A stretch of 55,020 bases of DNA, counting the filler, from Circinaria calcarea (taxonomy: Eukaryota): the NCBI GenBank assembly GCA_051942165.1. It is 5 parts of 5 records of this genome, joined end to end, with 100 filler letters (N's around TTAATTAATTAA, not from the genome) between each part and the next. Parts side by side here need not be neighbours in the genome. Positions count along the whole stretch, not along the records: positions 33,097 to 44,017 come from JAVECS010000742.1; positions 44,118 to 55,020 come from JAVECS010000743.1; 3 more parts are not named here. One strand, written 5' to 3'. A model generated the notes under the pieces. That model was not told the DNA's origin and made no database searches. It saw only the letters and a list, made by a program, of their open reading frames with translations. The translations under genes and the position numbers were made by a program. This document shows, in pieces, positions 37,223 through 50,100 of this stretch; the stretch's first letter is position 1, and each line of letters begins with the position of its first letter.

Positions 37223-37984
37223 GGAGCTTGAAAGTAGGTTGAAAAATAAGTGTAGTGGTGAATCAACCTTGATATTGTCGTATGGGATGCAGAAGTGCTA
37301 AGTATACTCGACTTATTTAAAGCCCAGCAGCCTTGAGTGTCAACCGACTCGCAACGGTTGTTCTTCATAAAGGTGATCCCAAGCGTCGATGTTGTCTCTA
37401 GCTATCTCCGGCACTGGCCGGCATCAGATAAAGAATGAGAGCCATTTGCGGCTTGCCTACCTTCCCTTGACAGAGCACACGGTGGTGAGGCCTTTGTCTG
37501 CCCCAAGAGTTCCTACCGGCAAAATTATCTGTTTAGTAGAATTAAAGGAACTGCAAACAAAACGCAAGCGCTAGCCGATCGGCTACGCCTATCCAAGGGT
37601 CCCTCATTGAACCTCACTGTCAGCGCATTTAAATGCACCCCACCCGGGGATTGGACTTCTCATCAAAGCAGAGCAGGCCCGGCCGTGAATCGACGTTTGC
37701 ATCGAAGGATGGGCTCCAGATAATAATCTACATTTCCACTCAGTGTGGGGGGACTACAGACTGGAATGTTTGTCCGGCGCAGCCGTAGAGTATGCCTGTT
37801 GCTGCCTGGACATTGATAGGAACAATGCTTTTCTGTTTACAACTCAAACAAATAGTTTTGAAGGAGATTTTAAAAAACTATAGGTTTCTCTGCGGTATGT
37901 ATTGAATAACGATATATATATTGACCTTGGCTATTATATTTCAGGACAAGACCAGCGGCTGCTTACTACTAGAAAACTGCCGTG

Positions 37985-39995
37985 TTATATGCAAGCAAAG
38001 CATAGTGTCCAGAACAGTATTATAATGACAATCCTTGATATCGATTGCATAGGTACACCGTTCGCCGCCATACCTGAAAAGAGCTCTACCCCTGCCGTCG
38101 TAGATGTCGACTCAGCCCTTATCGTACTTCCGTTTATCTCGCCTAGTCCGGGTATCATGACTGCACTAAGTCGTTCGGGTGGCGGAGTTTCCTGCGGAGC
38201 AAAGTTCTCGGTCTTGCTCCCCACAACTAGATCTGAGTGACCGAGCGAAATAAAAACATCACCCACAGTGATACCGGGGCTACCAGGTGTTAATGTATAT
38301 CCCGCGATGGCAACGTTGGTGGGATTAACTGTGAAAGTGTCGCTTCCAATACTGGATCGTGTTGCGACAGGATCCATAGATGGCGTGATGGTAGAGATAC
38401 CAATCACGAGGACGCCACTTGGGTCCAAAGACACAGAAAGTCCTGATACGGTAATTGGCGGTCCTCCAGGTCGAAGTGTGCTTTGGGCTACGTCGAGGGT
38501 TCCCGAAGGACCTACCGTTGTGATGGGCTGTCCTGCAACGGTAGCGAACGCAGAGGCTCTCGTAAGGGGAGTCGTACTCCCTGCAACGACAATACCTGCA
38601 ACTCCCATAGATACCGGAGTCCCTGCAATTCTGATAACAGATTGGCCGAAATTGGCTGTCTGGCTGCCAATGACCACACCGGATAGGATTGAAGCTGTGG
38701 AGCGACCCAAGACAAGAGGCGAGATTGGCGAGTCGTTTGAGTTTGAACTCGACGATCCTGCCGGTGCTGATGTAGAAATCGAAGTGGGAGGACCAGAAGG
38801 ATCTATCAAACCTGCACGACTCGGTACGGTACTAAGTTGAGTCGATGTTATACTCGAAGGTGAGCTTGCAGCTATGCTTGAAGGTGCCGGTTCAGGAGTA
38901 GCGCTGGGCAACGCTGGAGTCATCGTTGTACTTTGTGGTAGCGTTATCGGAGTAAGCCCTCCGGCTATCGGTGTCAAGGCAGAGGGGGGATCTAGAGGTC
39001 CTGTGGCACCTACACCAGGAGTGCACGTAGACCAGGCGGGTTGCAGTTCTAGAACCTTCAATGGAAGAGCAAGTATTGGTGAGCAAGGACCCCACACACC
39101 CACGACACCATCGGAAGCAGTAGCGATTCCGGGAATCGCGGTACAATTTGTTCCCCAATCACGAAAGTCCATTTGATACGTTCCGATATTCTGGTCAAGA
39201 CTGTAGGCCTTCCTTATGGTTGACAGTTCTGTGGGCTGAAATGCCAAGGTCGTGAGGCTGATGAGTGTACCCACAGCGTTATGGCCGCAGAAGTTGTCTA
39301 CTTGGAGGCCACTGAATTTGACGTATGCGGAAGGTGAAGAACTGAAATCAAGCTTAGTATTTCCCCTGCGTTTTAAGAGAATCAAAGCATACTAAGTGAA
39401 GCCTGTAGAATCAACCATAGTAGTGATGCCAGGGTACGGATTTGGAGTAGGCCAATAAACAACCTGAGCAGCATAGGCCCAAGGAGTGCAAAACCCACAA
39501 CAGGGAGATGTATATGTGCCATAATAGGGAAAACTGAATGGACGTGTATAGGTTGTAAGGCTTGAGTTTAGAAATTGAATTGTTTGTGTAGTAGGCTGGG
39601 GCGTGGGGGTTAATTTCAGGAAGTGTGAGTATTGTGAGCTGTAGGCACTGTACTGTGCAGCCACACAATAGCTGGAAAGATTGGCATCGATTCCCGGCCC
39701 GCTAAAAGGCCGTGCAATTCGGGAGCTGAGATCTGAATCAATCCAAGGTAATGTCCTACTGAGGGAGGGCGCGGAGCTGGAAAGAGACGGAGGCGCTGTA
39801 ATGGCAGGAGTGGTAACTTGAGTGACTGCATGAAGTCGATGCGACACATGTCAGTTTTGGAACCTTTGACTTGGGGAAGGATCCTAAGTGATGGGGCTTC
39901 TGAGGCCACTCACCGGTGCTCGGTTTTGTAAGCACCAGAGAAAATGCGGGAGGCGCAATTGAGAGGGTTATAGTTGTCAGCAATGTATGCTTCAT
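37985..39995 (-). CDS. Secreted Ser/Thr/Pro-rich cell-surface protein, possibly GPI-anchored
   Basis: Three exons join in frame; signal peptide MKHTLLTT..., Cys-containing region (PCCGFC, VVYWP, SPSAYV, LQPAWSTC), TLxPGxPxITV repeats, hydrophobic C-terminus. Confidence 0.8.
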
Positions 39996-40944
39996 AATGT
40001 TTCTTCACCAGGAAAAGGAGTATCCAGCTCATCACGCAGCAGACGATGAAAGAAAGATAGAGGTGCAGATCTACAACAACCATGGAGAGTACCAGGAGAG
40101 CAATCAAGGCATTGGGGATGGTCGCCCGAAGTGGAGCTATGTGATTAACGCTCCTGTCCCTCATGGTTATTCCTGTCTCGCGCGTTCGCTTTATTATCCG
40201 GCTATTGGGGGGGAGAGGGGGGAAGTCCTCGTCATCCTATGCTGGCCAGCCAGACCGGACCAGATGAGAGATCCAGTAAGAACAATGCTTGTGTACCCTC
40301 TACTGACCTCCAGACTTCGAAACTTCCCAATTGCAATCGATTGTTTATCCGCCTTGAGGCCGTTGGTGCTGATATCAGGAGATGTTTAGCTCGCCGCTAA
40401 CCTTCGATTCGTGATGGAGATGAAACATGGACACCATCCACTGGCTCCCCCCCCAGATTTGAAGAACCGTAAGCCCTGAAGGGAGCATGGACTGAATCCC
40501 GCAACTCAGTAAGAGTAGGATCAGTACCAGGCGTCCAGTCTTGTTCGGGGCATCCATTGAGAACTGTCGTCGCATTCTTGGTAGGGCGATGAATAAAGCA
40601 GGGCGCGTACCTGACAACATAAGGGTTAGGTGAGGATCGGCATGGGGTTCGACCGAGCTGGCCCTAAAATGATCTGCATCCTCATTATTCCGCGTGTGCG
40701 GGTACCTTGGTATCGTGGCCGTCATGGTGGGCCGGATAAATTCAACCAATTGAGGAGCGATTTGAGCTCTTGCTTACTACTTTAGTACTAAGCTCAAACA
40801 TGGCTGAATCTCCATCAAACATGGAAGTCCGTCATACTAAAACTTTAATTGTTCTGCCGGGCGAGCTAGCTATGCACTTACTTACGTACAGTACATCCGT
40901 ACCACAGTATGAGCCGTGGTGATATTGGGGCTTTTGGCAAACTT

Positions 40945-41164
40945 TGTTATGCTCGGAGGATATTGCGCAAGCACTCCCAGCCAGTTGATACCCTGCGCCC
41001 TGCCTAGCTGTATATAGCTCTATATACACGGAGCTATGGTATGCTGGTGGACCTCTTCTGCCTCTTCTGACCAATACTGGGGCGTGGATTCTGCGCCAGT
41101 ATGGTGAGCCTGCGACCCGCACTTTAAGGCGTCGGGCATAGGGTGTTGGTGCCGGGCAGTGACA
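40945..41164 (+). mobile_element. Solo-LTR-like element, family A copy 2 (220 bp)
   Basis: TGTTATGCTCGG...TGACA; shares CTCCCAGCCA, TATATAGCTC, ACGGAGCTATG.TATGCT.GTGGACCT, CCAATAC and TCGGGC.TAG with 29567-29789 in the same order. Confidence 0.72.
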
Positions 41165-41238
41165 AACGCTTTACCAAAATATGGTAAAGCCTCGGGATGT
41201 GTCATCTATCAACACATTGAAATGTTCCCGGATTTGAG

Positions 41239-42362
41239 TCATGACGGCAGAGCCATTGAATTGTTCTGAAGCGCGGCAAGGAGCTCCTGGCTACGATGTT
41301 CTCCCTTCCACCCGACTTGAGGCCAGCCTTGGGGTAGAGTCGCGTACGGTGGGAACGGCCACCGTTCTCCGCATTTGTCGGTCGTGCAAGTCAAATTGCA
41401 CAAGCCAAACGTCCGGCAATAACAATCCGACGCGTCCGGGCAATGCACAGCTGGCCGTCCGAAGATCATGTGCCAGGAGTATTCCATGACCCGTCCGCTG
41501 GTGGCATCCTCCAGTTCCGTTTCAATAAGCCACTTCCTGTAGTGCTGATAGTCTGCTAGAGGTCTCTCGTGTACCTTTTCGCGTGTGAGCGCAAATTGAG
41601 CACAACAGGCTACGCCAACGATATCTGGTACGGGCCGACCCGGGAAGAGCTCTTGATAAGCTTTGGGATAGGCAGCTTCCGTGGGCCTATCGGTGCTGTC
41701 CCGGTTGAACTGTAGCTCGGCGGGGCAACCTAGAGTCCAGACGCAACGGAGGTTGATGTAGCCTTGAGAGGTAACATAAGGGAGTTGCAAGTTTCGAATC
41801 ATAGGTAGGGCATCTGATTAAGCTCGTCAGAAGGCAAGATATCGAAGCTTTGATGCTGAGAGGGACGCGTACCATATATCGGATCATCATTGTGCCATTG
41901 ATATCGAAGACTGTGTATGAAAACCATGATATTGGGAAGTCGGTCATAGTTGTCAATGAGGAAGCTATAAATGGGAACATTGGTCTCGTGAGTTAAACTA
42001 TGCTGGAGCAGGTAGGATATTGGAACAACCCACGTCAGATATACCATGGCCTCTCGCCCTTTGTTCTTAGGCACTGTCAGCTTGGCGACCTGGTCATTGA
42101 CGACGTAGATGTTCGCCTTCCAGTCCGGAAGATGTTCTTGCATCCATAAAATGTCATCACCCTTGAGACTCGCAATGACCAGCTCTTTTTGAAATGATGA
42201 TGTGGGGGCTTGCGAGGAAGGGGATATCGGGGGGGTCGAAGGTTGAGGAGGAGGCGAGCTGGGATATGTAGCGTGGCACGTGAAAATCAGAACAATCGAA
42301 AACACCGACAACAGGATCCACCGTAACAGATGCCGTCGTGATGTAAACATAGGACACGCCAT
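41239..42362 (-). CDS. DUF3431-family type II membrane protein
   Basis: Three exons; N-terminal TM, PKNKGREAMVYLTFLIDNYD, FIHSLRYQWHNDD, GYINLRC, CCAQFA, SGRVMEYSWHMIFG. Confidence 0.9.
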
Positions 42363-42726
42363 ACAGCGCTCATCAGATATAGATGGGATCTGGGAGCTGA
42401 GAAGAGATACCTATCGAGACTGATACCGACATGATATGATCAGTAAAAGGATGCCATTTCAGCGTGGCGTTGTTCCTGGCAAGGGCTTCAGCCACCAGTC
42501 CCAACTCCGTACCAATCGGTTCTTCATGAACGGCACATAATAGGGTTGATTGGGTTACTTCGAGATAAGTTTGGGAAGGATTGCGGCGTTGATCTAGTGA
42601 GATTGCACATCAAGCGCTGGGCCATGTCTCCTGGGTTAAAATTAAAATGGATCCTGGTGGTCGAAGGCGATCTTCTGCTGTGTGATTCCAGATGTTCTAC
42701 TTTTCCCCTTCTTTGTTCAATAAAAA

Positions 42727-43890
42727 ATGCTCCATCAACTCCAAAGTCGCTCTGTTATTGTCTTTCCCTTTACGGCCTTACTCTACTTAACGTCTGCTGC
42801 ATCGTTGGCACTAGAGAATGCCATATATGGCCTCTCCTCGTTCGATTTCCTGCAACAAATCCCGAGACCTGGTAGCTCAGCCTTGTTGAAGAGGGACGTC
42901 TGTACGGACGCGATTCCGGGAACAGTTTCACAAATATGTACTCCTGGAAATACGTTGTGCTGTGCGTACGTCCCTCTTGACACCGCCATCGTACTCATAT
43001 TAGCAAATCAGGCGTGCCGAGCAGAGTAAACATCGCTTTCCCGCAATGCCAGCAACTGTTCGGTCAAGGGTTCTGTTGCGTGGAAGAGGATGGCGCGTGC
43101 TATACAGACATGCAGTCGGATTGCTCGGCTGCAGGCGCTGTAAGATGCTGTGGGTAATGGTTGATTAAGGGAGCAATAGTAACGTGAGACTGATCCGTTG
43201 GAAATAGCTGTGCTCGCAGAGGGAACGACCGAAGCATGTTGTCCTCAGTTCACTGAATGCCCGAGCAACTTCAACCAAACCACACCTTTGGTCCGTTGTC
43301 AGTTTACCCCTCTCGCCGGTGGAAGTACATCTTCTACCTCTTCGAGTACGTTGACGTCCAGCACAACATCTATATCCACAAGCGCATCTGCCACTCCATC
43401 TACTTCGAGTACTTCCCAATCCGTATCTGCTTCAATTATATCGACACCCACTTCTTCGAATTCAGCACAAACATCTGCTATGCAAATATCGTCTGTCCTT
43501 TCATCAAGCGAGCCCGAAACTACAAATACATCTCCAAATGTTCCAGACTCCAAAGGTCTATCGGCTGGCGCAAATGCTGGAATCGGAATTGCCGCAGCTG
43601 TGGCTGTTTTGGCCTTTGCAGCATTAGGCTTCTGTTTGTACAGAAGAGGGAAAAGGAAAGGCGAGCTAGTCGCCCGGGGGATGAGTGCCGACAGGTTCCC
43701 GCCTGTATCATATCACGACGCAACTGACACAACCGGACAACCGCTGAGTCCCGACAATCAGCGCTTCCATAGGGATGTCAATTACGGCAAGCACGAACTT
43801 CCTAGTGAAAGACAGTTCAATGAACTTGCTACCGAAAGGGATTTTGAATTAAGCGAGCTGTCGGCGGGAGGTCGCCACTCCTATGGGTAG
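42727..43890 (+). CDS. Single-pass membrane protein with Cys-rich ectodomain and Ser/Thr stalk
   Basis: Signal-like N-terminus, KR site, Cys-rich exons (CTPGNTLCC, EACCPQFTEC), S/T tract, GLSAGANAGIGIAAAVAVLAFAALGFCLY TM; intron boundaries approximate. Confidence 0.78.
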
Positions 43891-44017
43891 ATTCTCCTTG
43901 AACAGCGTTGTATTGATACTCCTAACCTATGAATATCGTTCTTGCATTAGCTGTAAGTTGAGCGTTCTGGCAAAATACCACAAATGTCCTCTCGAGAAGT
44001 TTGCGAGCCATTCCCAC

Positions 44018-44117
44018 NNNNNNNNNNNNNNNNNNNNNNNNNNNNNNNNNNNNNNNNNNNNTTAATTAATTAANNNNNNNNNNNNNNNNNNNNNNNNNNN
44101 NNNNNNNNNNNNNNNNN
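44018..44117. other. Artificial contig linker
   Basis: N44-TTAATTAATTAA-N44. Confidence 0.98.
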
Positions 44118-45378
44118 GAATTAGATGAAGCATCACAAACAAAAGTATGCCCCTATTTAGCAGAATCAACAAGCCGTAGTAATACTATATGATTTGGACC
44201 CTACCTCGAGGAGAGACGCAGGACTGTGTCTACAATACATACTTTGACTTCTAGGAAGGTAATCGGTAGGTCGAGCAAGGCCGTCTCTAAAAAGTTTCTG
44301 TAGTCCTGCTACATCATGGTCTTTAATAGCCTTCGAGAGCAAAGGATTATCATTGATCGTGATAGGAGTCAAATTGACTGAGAACCCCGGCCAGCTGCTA
44401 TGGAGATCACGGCGAGTTTCCAGGGCAAATTGGAGCATAATCCTAGATAACCACCGTGGCGGAACAAAGGTTATCCTTACTTTTGATTCCGCGGATTCTT
44501 GGTCAGACGATCTATCCGATGAGTTGGACTGGCACATTCCAGAATTGTCTACCAGCAGTGACCCGATGGGCAGAGAATAGGATTTATAGCTCCAGTATAC
44601 AATAGCTGCCATGGCAGAGTTGAATCCGGACCGTCGTCGGCTGCGATTAGGTGAAGTCTTAGTGATTTGTTGGATTGACCCTATCTCAAGCTGGCTTTGT
44701 AATAGATGCTCTATTCGGGTCATCGAGGTTTGCTGTGACTGGTAGCTCTCGTGATTTAATAACTCTATGCTGGACAGTTTGGAGCAGACGGCATGGAACC
44801 CAGTGCTACTGATATCCACGAGCTTTGTCGTGTTCTGGGAAATTCCATCGAGTTTTCGACTTGTATCAGCACATTGCATTAGCACTAGATCACTTTGAAT
44901 TAAGACCCATTGGTACTTACTCGCTCATGAACAGCTGTATCAGTGTCAAAGTTTCAGTATGAGCAGATATCTTTCGCTGGAACTTGGCAATGGTATCTTC
45001 ATCGAAATAGCGGCGAATCCGTAATCGAACAAGTTTTGAGGAGACCTTGGGACCATTCAAATAACGATCAAGTTTTGTCACAACCGTTTGGAAGTCTTCC
45101 ATGTCCTCCTGCATCTGGGCAGCGGAGTCTGCCCATAGCTCTTGCAAGCATTGTGATAGGTCCGCATCTTTATGCTCAGCCAGCCGAGCTTGAATCTCTT
45201 CAAGCAATTTCTCCAAGACCTTGATGCTTTCTATGAGTTTTCTGACCTCTTCTGGGGCATCTCTCAGCTTATTCCGAAGGTTGTAAAGTGTCTTGCAGCT
45301 ATTCGCGACAACGGCGGCTAGGGTCGCAAGGCTGGCCGCGAAGCCTACAAGCGCGATCCCCGCAGAGGCAGGATCCAT
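44118..45378 (-). CDS. HeLo-like (fungal STAND N-terminal) domain protein, probably with ankyrin repeats; 3' truncated
   Basis: MDPASAGIALVGFAASLATLA...LRDAPEEVRKL helical N-terminus; second exon ends with ankyrin-like AIKDHDVAGLQKLFRDGLARPTD; runs off the contig. Confidence 0.75.
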
Positions 45379-46035
45379 ATCTCACAGACTTCCCCAAGAT
45401 GGAATACACTTCAGATCCTCTGTAAGATAGAGGAACCATGTAATGCAATGGCCTTCGGATCAAAAGGATTGCATCTCGTTGAGGGCAGAGGGCAGAGTAC
45501 TTGAAGGCATCACAGTACTGTACAGCCACGCAGCCTGCATGCTCCAGGTCACGTAAGAGCCATTTCTACAGCAAATGACAAAGAGCATAGGGTATTACAA
45601 GACTATCTCCCTGCCTCACACGCTGCATTTCGTCTTGTGACTGGAGGCCGTCAATGCAGCCTTAGTGGACAGAAATCTGCCTTGCGGATGTGGTTGGAGC
45701 CTTGGAGACGGAAACGACGACATGCCGACGAGGCTGAACAAGTCGCTGATAGGACATACAACCACCCTTCTGTTTGGAATAGCTGGCATCAATTTCTCGA
45801 GGATGTCAATCCCATATATTTTGGCTAACCCCGTGGTAACAGGTCTAGCAAGTTGGATCTCTGGGATGAACAACTCGTACTTATCGGAGCAAGCAAAGCG
45901 TTCCTCAAGAAAAGTGGTATTGTGAGTGGTATATTTACTTTGTACAAATCGAGTTCCCTTACTTCCTATGTATTTTGCAAAAACCCCGAGTAAAAATACA
46001 TCACCCAAAACCAAACACCATCCCAACCCAATTCC

Positions 46036-46557
46036 TCAACAAACCCCATTGCAGATTCCATGCAGCACATAATTAACCGTCAGAATCCCCAATTTCTTCG
46101 GATCATTATCCCCACTCAACGGCACACTCCCGCAGATAACGCACCGATGCATGAACAACTCATACAACCGCTGGATAACCGTTTGCCCACTGACCTCCTT
46201 CTGCAGCACTGTTGGAGTGGGATCGCCAGGGCCCTTGGCAACCTCGTAGGCCGGTATATCCTGCGGGAAGAGGCAGAACCCGCCGACACCGCGCGGGTTC
46301 TGGACGCAGGCGATTTTCCGGCCGGAGACGAAGCGAGCAAAAGGGGAGATGGGTCCACCGTGTATATTGTTTGAGTTCCCAAAGGCGATTGCCGTGTAGA
46401 AATCAGCAATTAGGTTGTAGTGCCAGTCGAAGTGGAAGGTTGAGGAGGCGTCGCATTGCGAGGAGCCGCGGCAGTTGATGCCTAAGGCTGAGGTGGTGGG
46501 GAGGAGGAGACTGATAAGGAAGAGGAGACGGTAGAGGACAGGGACGTGGCTGCGCAT
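46036..46557 (-). CDS. KP4 killer-toxin-like secreted protein
   Basis: Signal peptide then LGINCRGSSQC; KIAC, GGFCLF, HRCVICGSVP, GDND, ILTVNYV; 8 Cys in the mature part; intronless. Confidence 0.93.
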   Translation of the reverse strand: MRSHVPVLYRLLFLISLLLPTTSALGINCRGSSQCDASSTFHFDWHYNLIADFYTAIAFGNSNNIHGGPISPFARFVSGRKIACVQNPRGVGGFCLFPQDIPAYEVAKGPGDPTPTVLQKEVSGQTVIQRLYELFMHRCVICGSVPLSGDNDPKKLGILTVNYVLHGICNGVC

Positions 46558-47134
46558 TGCGGGAGAGAATTTTTTTTTTCCAGGGCGAGAGAGGTTGGAG
46601 AGGGACGGCAGGAGGGAAGAAGAGAACCAAGTAATTTGATATACAGTTAGAGAAATTAGAGCGAGAAAGAAAAGTTCCTTAACATCCTCGAACGATACCT
46701 ACCGAAAGCAAATATATAAGGACTACTTGTGATCATGATGCAATTCCGACGAAGCACCGCATGTTAGTGTTGTCTTTTTTTATTTACTCCCTCGACGTTA
46801 TGTATCATAGGCTCGCCTAATCTGAAACCCTAACCCGAAAGCATCGACCCTCGGGATGATATAGCCGAAGTTTGATACTACTAGATCCGAGAGCGCCATA
46901 CAAGGGAATCCATCAACCCACTAGGGCTGATCGTACATTGTTGACAAAGGGATTGAAGCAGTTACATTGAAACAATGGATATCCCTATGACGCTTTGAGC
47001 AAAGTCGATAGAGCTTACTATCCTCAGGGTTTACCGCAAGCACTAAAAAAACCCCAAAACGCCTCCGCTTATGCATTACCTCTCACATTATAAGAGACGC
47101 TCAGAAAGCGCTGCTCGATCCCCGATCCCACAAT

Positions 47135-50100
47135 TTACAAAAACCCTTTACTATTGCTCATCTGCCTGCTAACACCCACGCCCTCCCCGCCGCCCTTCCT
47201 CATACTCCCTGTCAAACTGACCCTTCTCCCATCCTCGCTCCCTCGAACGCTGCCGCCGGCAAAGAGTGCTCCCCTCTCGACCCTCAACCCCTTCCATCCC
47301 TCCAACTCCCTCTCCAACCGGAGTCCCTTTTCCCTTTCCTCTCTCAAATCTCGTTCCGCCCGCCTAGCGGCAAGTTGGTTCTTGGAATCGTCTGATTGTA
47401 ACTCATCAATCGTTTGCAAGAGCCGTTCGATTTTGTCCCGGGACTTGGTCAGATCTGCACTGAACTGGGCAACTTGTTTGTCTCGGCGGTCGATTTGGGA
47501 CTGGAGATCACGTACGGTACGGTCGATGTTGCGGGCTGAGCGCGCAGTGAGGTTTTGTTGAGATTCTTGGTCTTCGAGCTGTTTCTCAAGCTAGAGGTCA
47601 TTCATGTTAGCTATTGACTCTTGCTCCAATGGTAGGATATTAACTCACCTCCTTTACCCTCCCGTTCAAAAACCTCACATCTTGACTGGCACTCGAGTAC
47701 CCCTTGGTCTCCAGATCGACGACTCTACCTTGGAGGTCCTTGACCATTTTCTCCAATGAAGCCTTTTCACGGTGTAATGCTACCGTCGTTTCTCGCTCTG
47801 CCACTACGTCCTTTTGCATCTCCATGGCCAGGGCTTCTGCTCTCCTCATTTTGCCAACAGCTGCCTCCACAACATCTTCTTTCTGGGCCAGCTGGGATTT
47901 GAGCTCCAACAAATCACGATCCATACCTGCTGCGTTTCGCATCGATGGACTTTCTCCACGGGCAAGATCTTCGAGTCGGCCACCAGCTTCAGCGAGACGA
48001 GTCTCAACACCTCGCTTCTCTTTAACAAGCAGGTCACGCTCGGCAGACACGTCGTCCACAGAAGTACGAAGGTTCCGAACTTGAGAAAGTAGAGATACAA
48101 TCTTACTTTGCGCATCATTGTGCGCTTGAACAGCCTCTTCGCGTGATGTCGATATATCCTGCAGCGTCATCTCCAATCGCGACTTTTCCTTTGCCCAGGT
48201 GGAACTATTCAAGACTTCATCATCCCACTTGGACCTGAGCTCTTCTAGTTCGTCTCGCAGACGTGTATTTTCCGAACGTGCATGGATAACATTCTCACGC
48301 TCAATCTCAAGCTCATTTGTCAAAGTCGAGAACTCGTTCTGATACTTCTTCCTTGTTTGCTCCAATGACATCTCCTTGTCCTCGACATCCATCGCCCGCT
48401 GACTCCGGTAATCTTCGAGTTCGTGCTGTAGACGCTTCTTTGCCTGTACTGCACTGTCAAGATCAGCAGCCAAATCCTCGACCTTTTCTTCATAGCTTTG
48501 AGCTTGCCGCTGGAGTTCTTCGATTATGGCATCCATCTGCTTCCGTTCCGACATTATAGTAGCACAGGTATCTTCAGCTTCACGGGCTTGTGACTTGGCG
48601 AATTGTTCTGCCCGTGAGGCTTTCAATACGGCAATCTCAGCTTGCTCGAGCTTACTAAAGTACTCGTCCGCTCGGCTCTTGTAGAGACTAAGGCTCGATG
48701 TCACGTCCATGACCTTTGAAGTTTCGGCATCCAGGCGAATTTGTAGATCTGCGAATTCTTGGAGTAATTGATTGCGACTTGCTGCCTCGTGTTCGTTGGC
48801 GAGGGAAAGCTCCTGTAGCTCTGATTTGGCATCTCGCAACTCGACTTCCACAGTCGCCTTGGATTGCTTGAGATGCTCAAAGTGAGACTTTGCATCGGCA
48901 AGATCAGCGACGGTGTTGTTGTGCACCTGGAGCAGAGACTTTCGTGAATTTTCTTGAGAGTTAAGGAGGTCGTACAGCTCTTCATGGGACTTTGCTTCTA
49001 CATCTCGAAGCGAAAGTTCTCCGGAATGAAGACTTCTTTCTAGAGCAGACACCTTCTTCGCCGAGTCATCCAGTTTATCATGAAGACGATTGTTTTCCTT
49101 TTCGAGCTTCTGCACTCTTCTTACAGACGGACTCTCATCTTGCCACATCTCCTTGAGCGGACTTGACCGACCAAGCTGGCCCTTGAGATGCCGGTTTTGC
49201 ATCTCCGACATCTGCAACTGATTCTGGACCATCTCAAGCTCCGCCGCAAGGTCCATACGCTTGTTATAAGCGACTGTGTCTACGGTACGATCTGATCGCC
49301 CAGAGTCTTGGGTAGTATTACTGATATGGCGACGGTCCGGGGTAGAGACACCCGAGTAAGGCTTGAGATCAGATCCTTTTCTGATATGAGTTGGTGACCT
49401 GTTAGTATGGGCTGTGTTCTGGTTGATCTCTTCGAGTAGATGGCGCTTGGAGTTTGTATGCCGAGCGTCAATCTCAGTAATGTCATCCTCATGCCTACGT
49501 CGAAGTTCCTGTAGCTGGGTTTCCGCACGGGTCCATTTTTCTCCAGTCACTCTGAGCGCCTGTTGAGATGCTTCCAATTGCTGAGCTAGATCAACTGACT
49601 CTGAGAGACGAGGCTTAACAGTTTCCCAGGGTGGTAGAACGTCGCTCACGTCTGGATCAAACACCTTGTGTAGCTGTATCAACTGCCTATGGCAGTCTTC
49701 AATTTCCCTGTTGGCGTCATCGAGCGAAGCTTGGATCTTTCGTGAATTGGCTTGCGCTTGGGATTTGAGCTGTCGTTCTGTTTCTAGGTTCCGGTTTGCT
49801 TCTGCCAACTGGATAGTAAAAGTAGAAGAAGCCTTCTCGGCGTTTCGGCTTGTCTTGTGCTCGCGGGACACTTCGTGATTGAGGTCCTCTAGGCCGAGGG
49901 CAAGTTTCTCCTTTTGCTTTTCGAGGGATGTGATGGATAAATGTGCATCCCCTAGCTGTCGTGATAGTCTCTTGTTCTCATCTTCCAGCTTTGACTTGTC
50001 TGTTTGAAGCTGGACTAGACGTGACCGCTGCGTGTCTCCAGCCCTTGAATTCGTTCTAGCAATATCAAGGTTTTTCTGTTGGATTTTATTGAGTAGAGCA

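Noticed and set aside
46825..46840. CCCTAACCC telomere-like motif
   Set aside because: Only 1.5 units; expected by chance.
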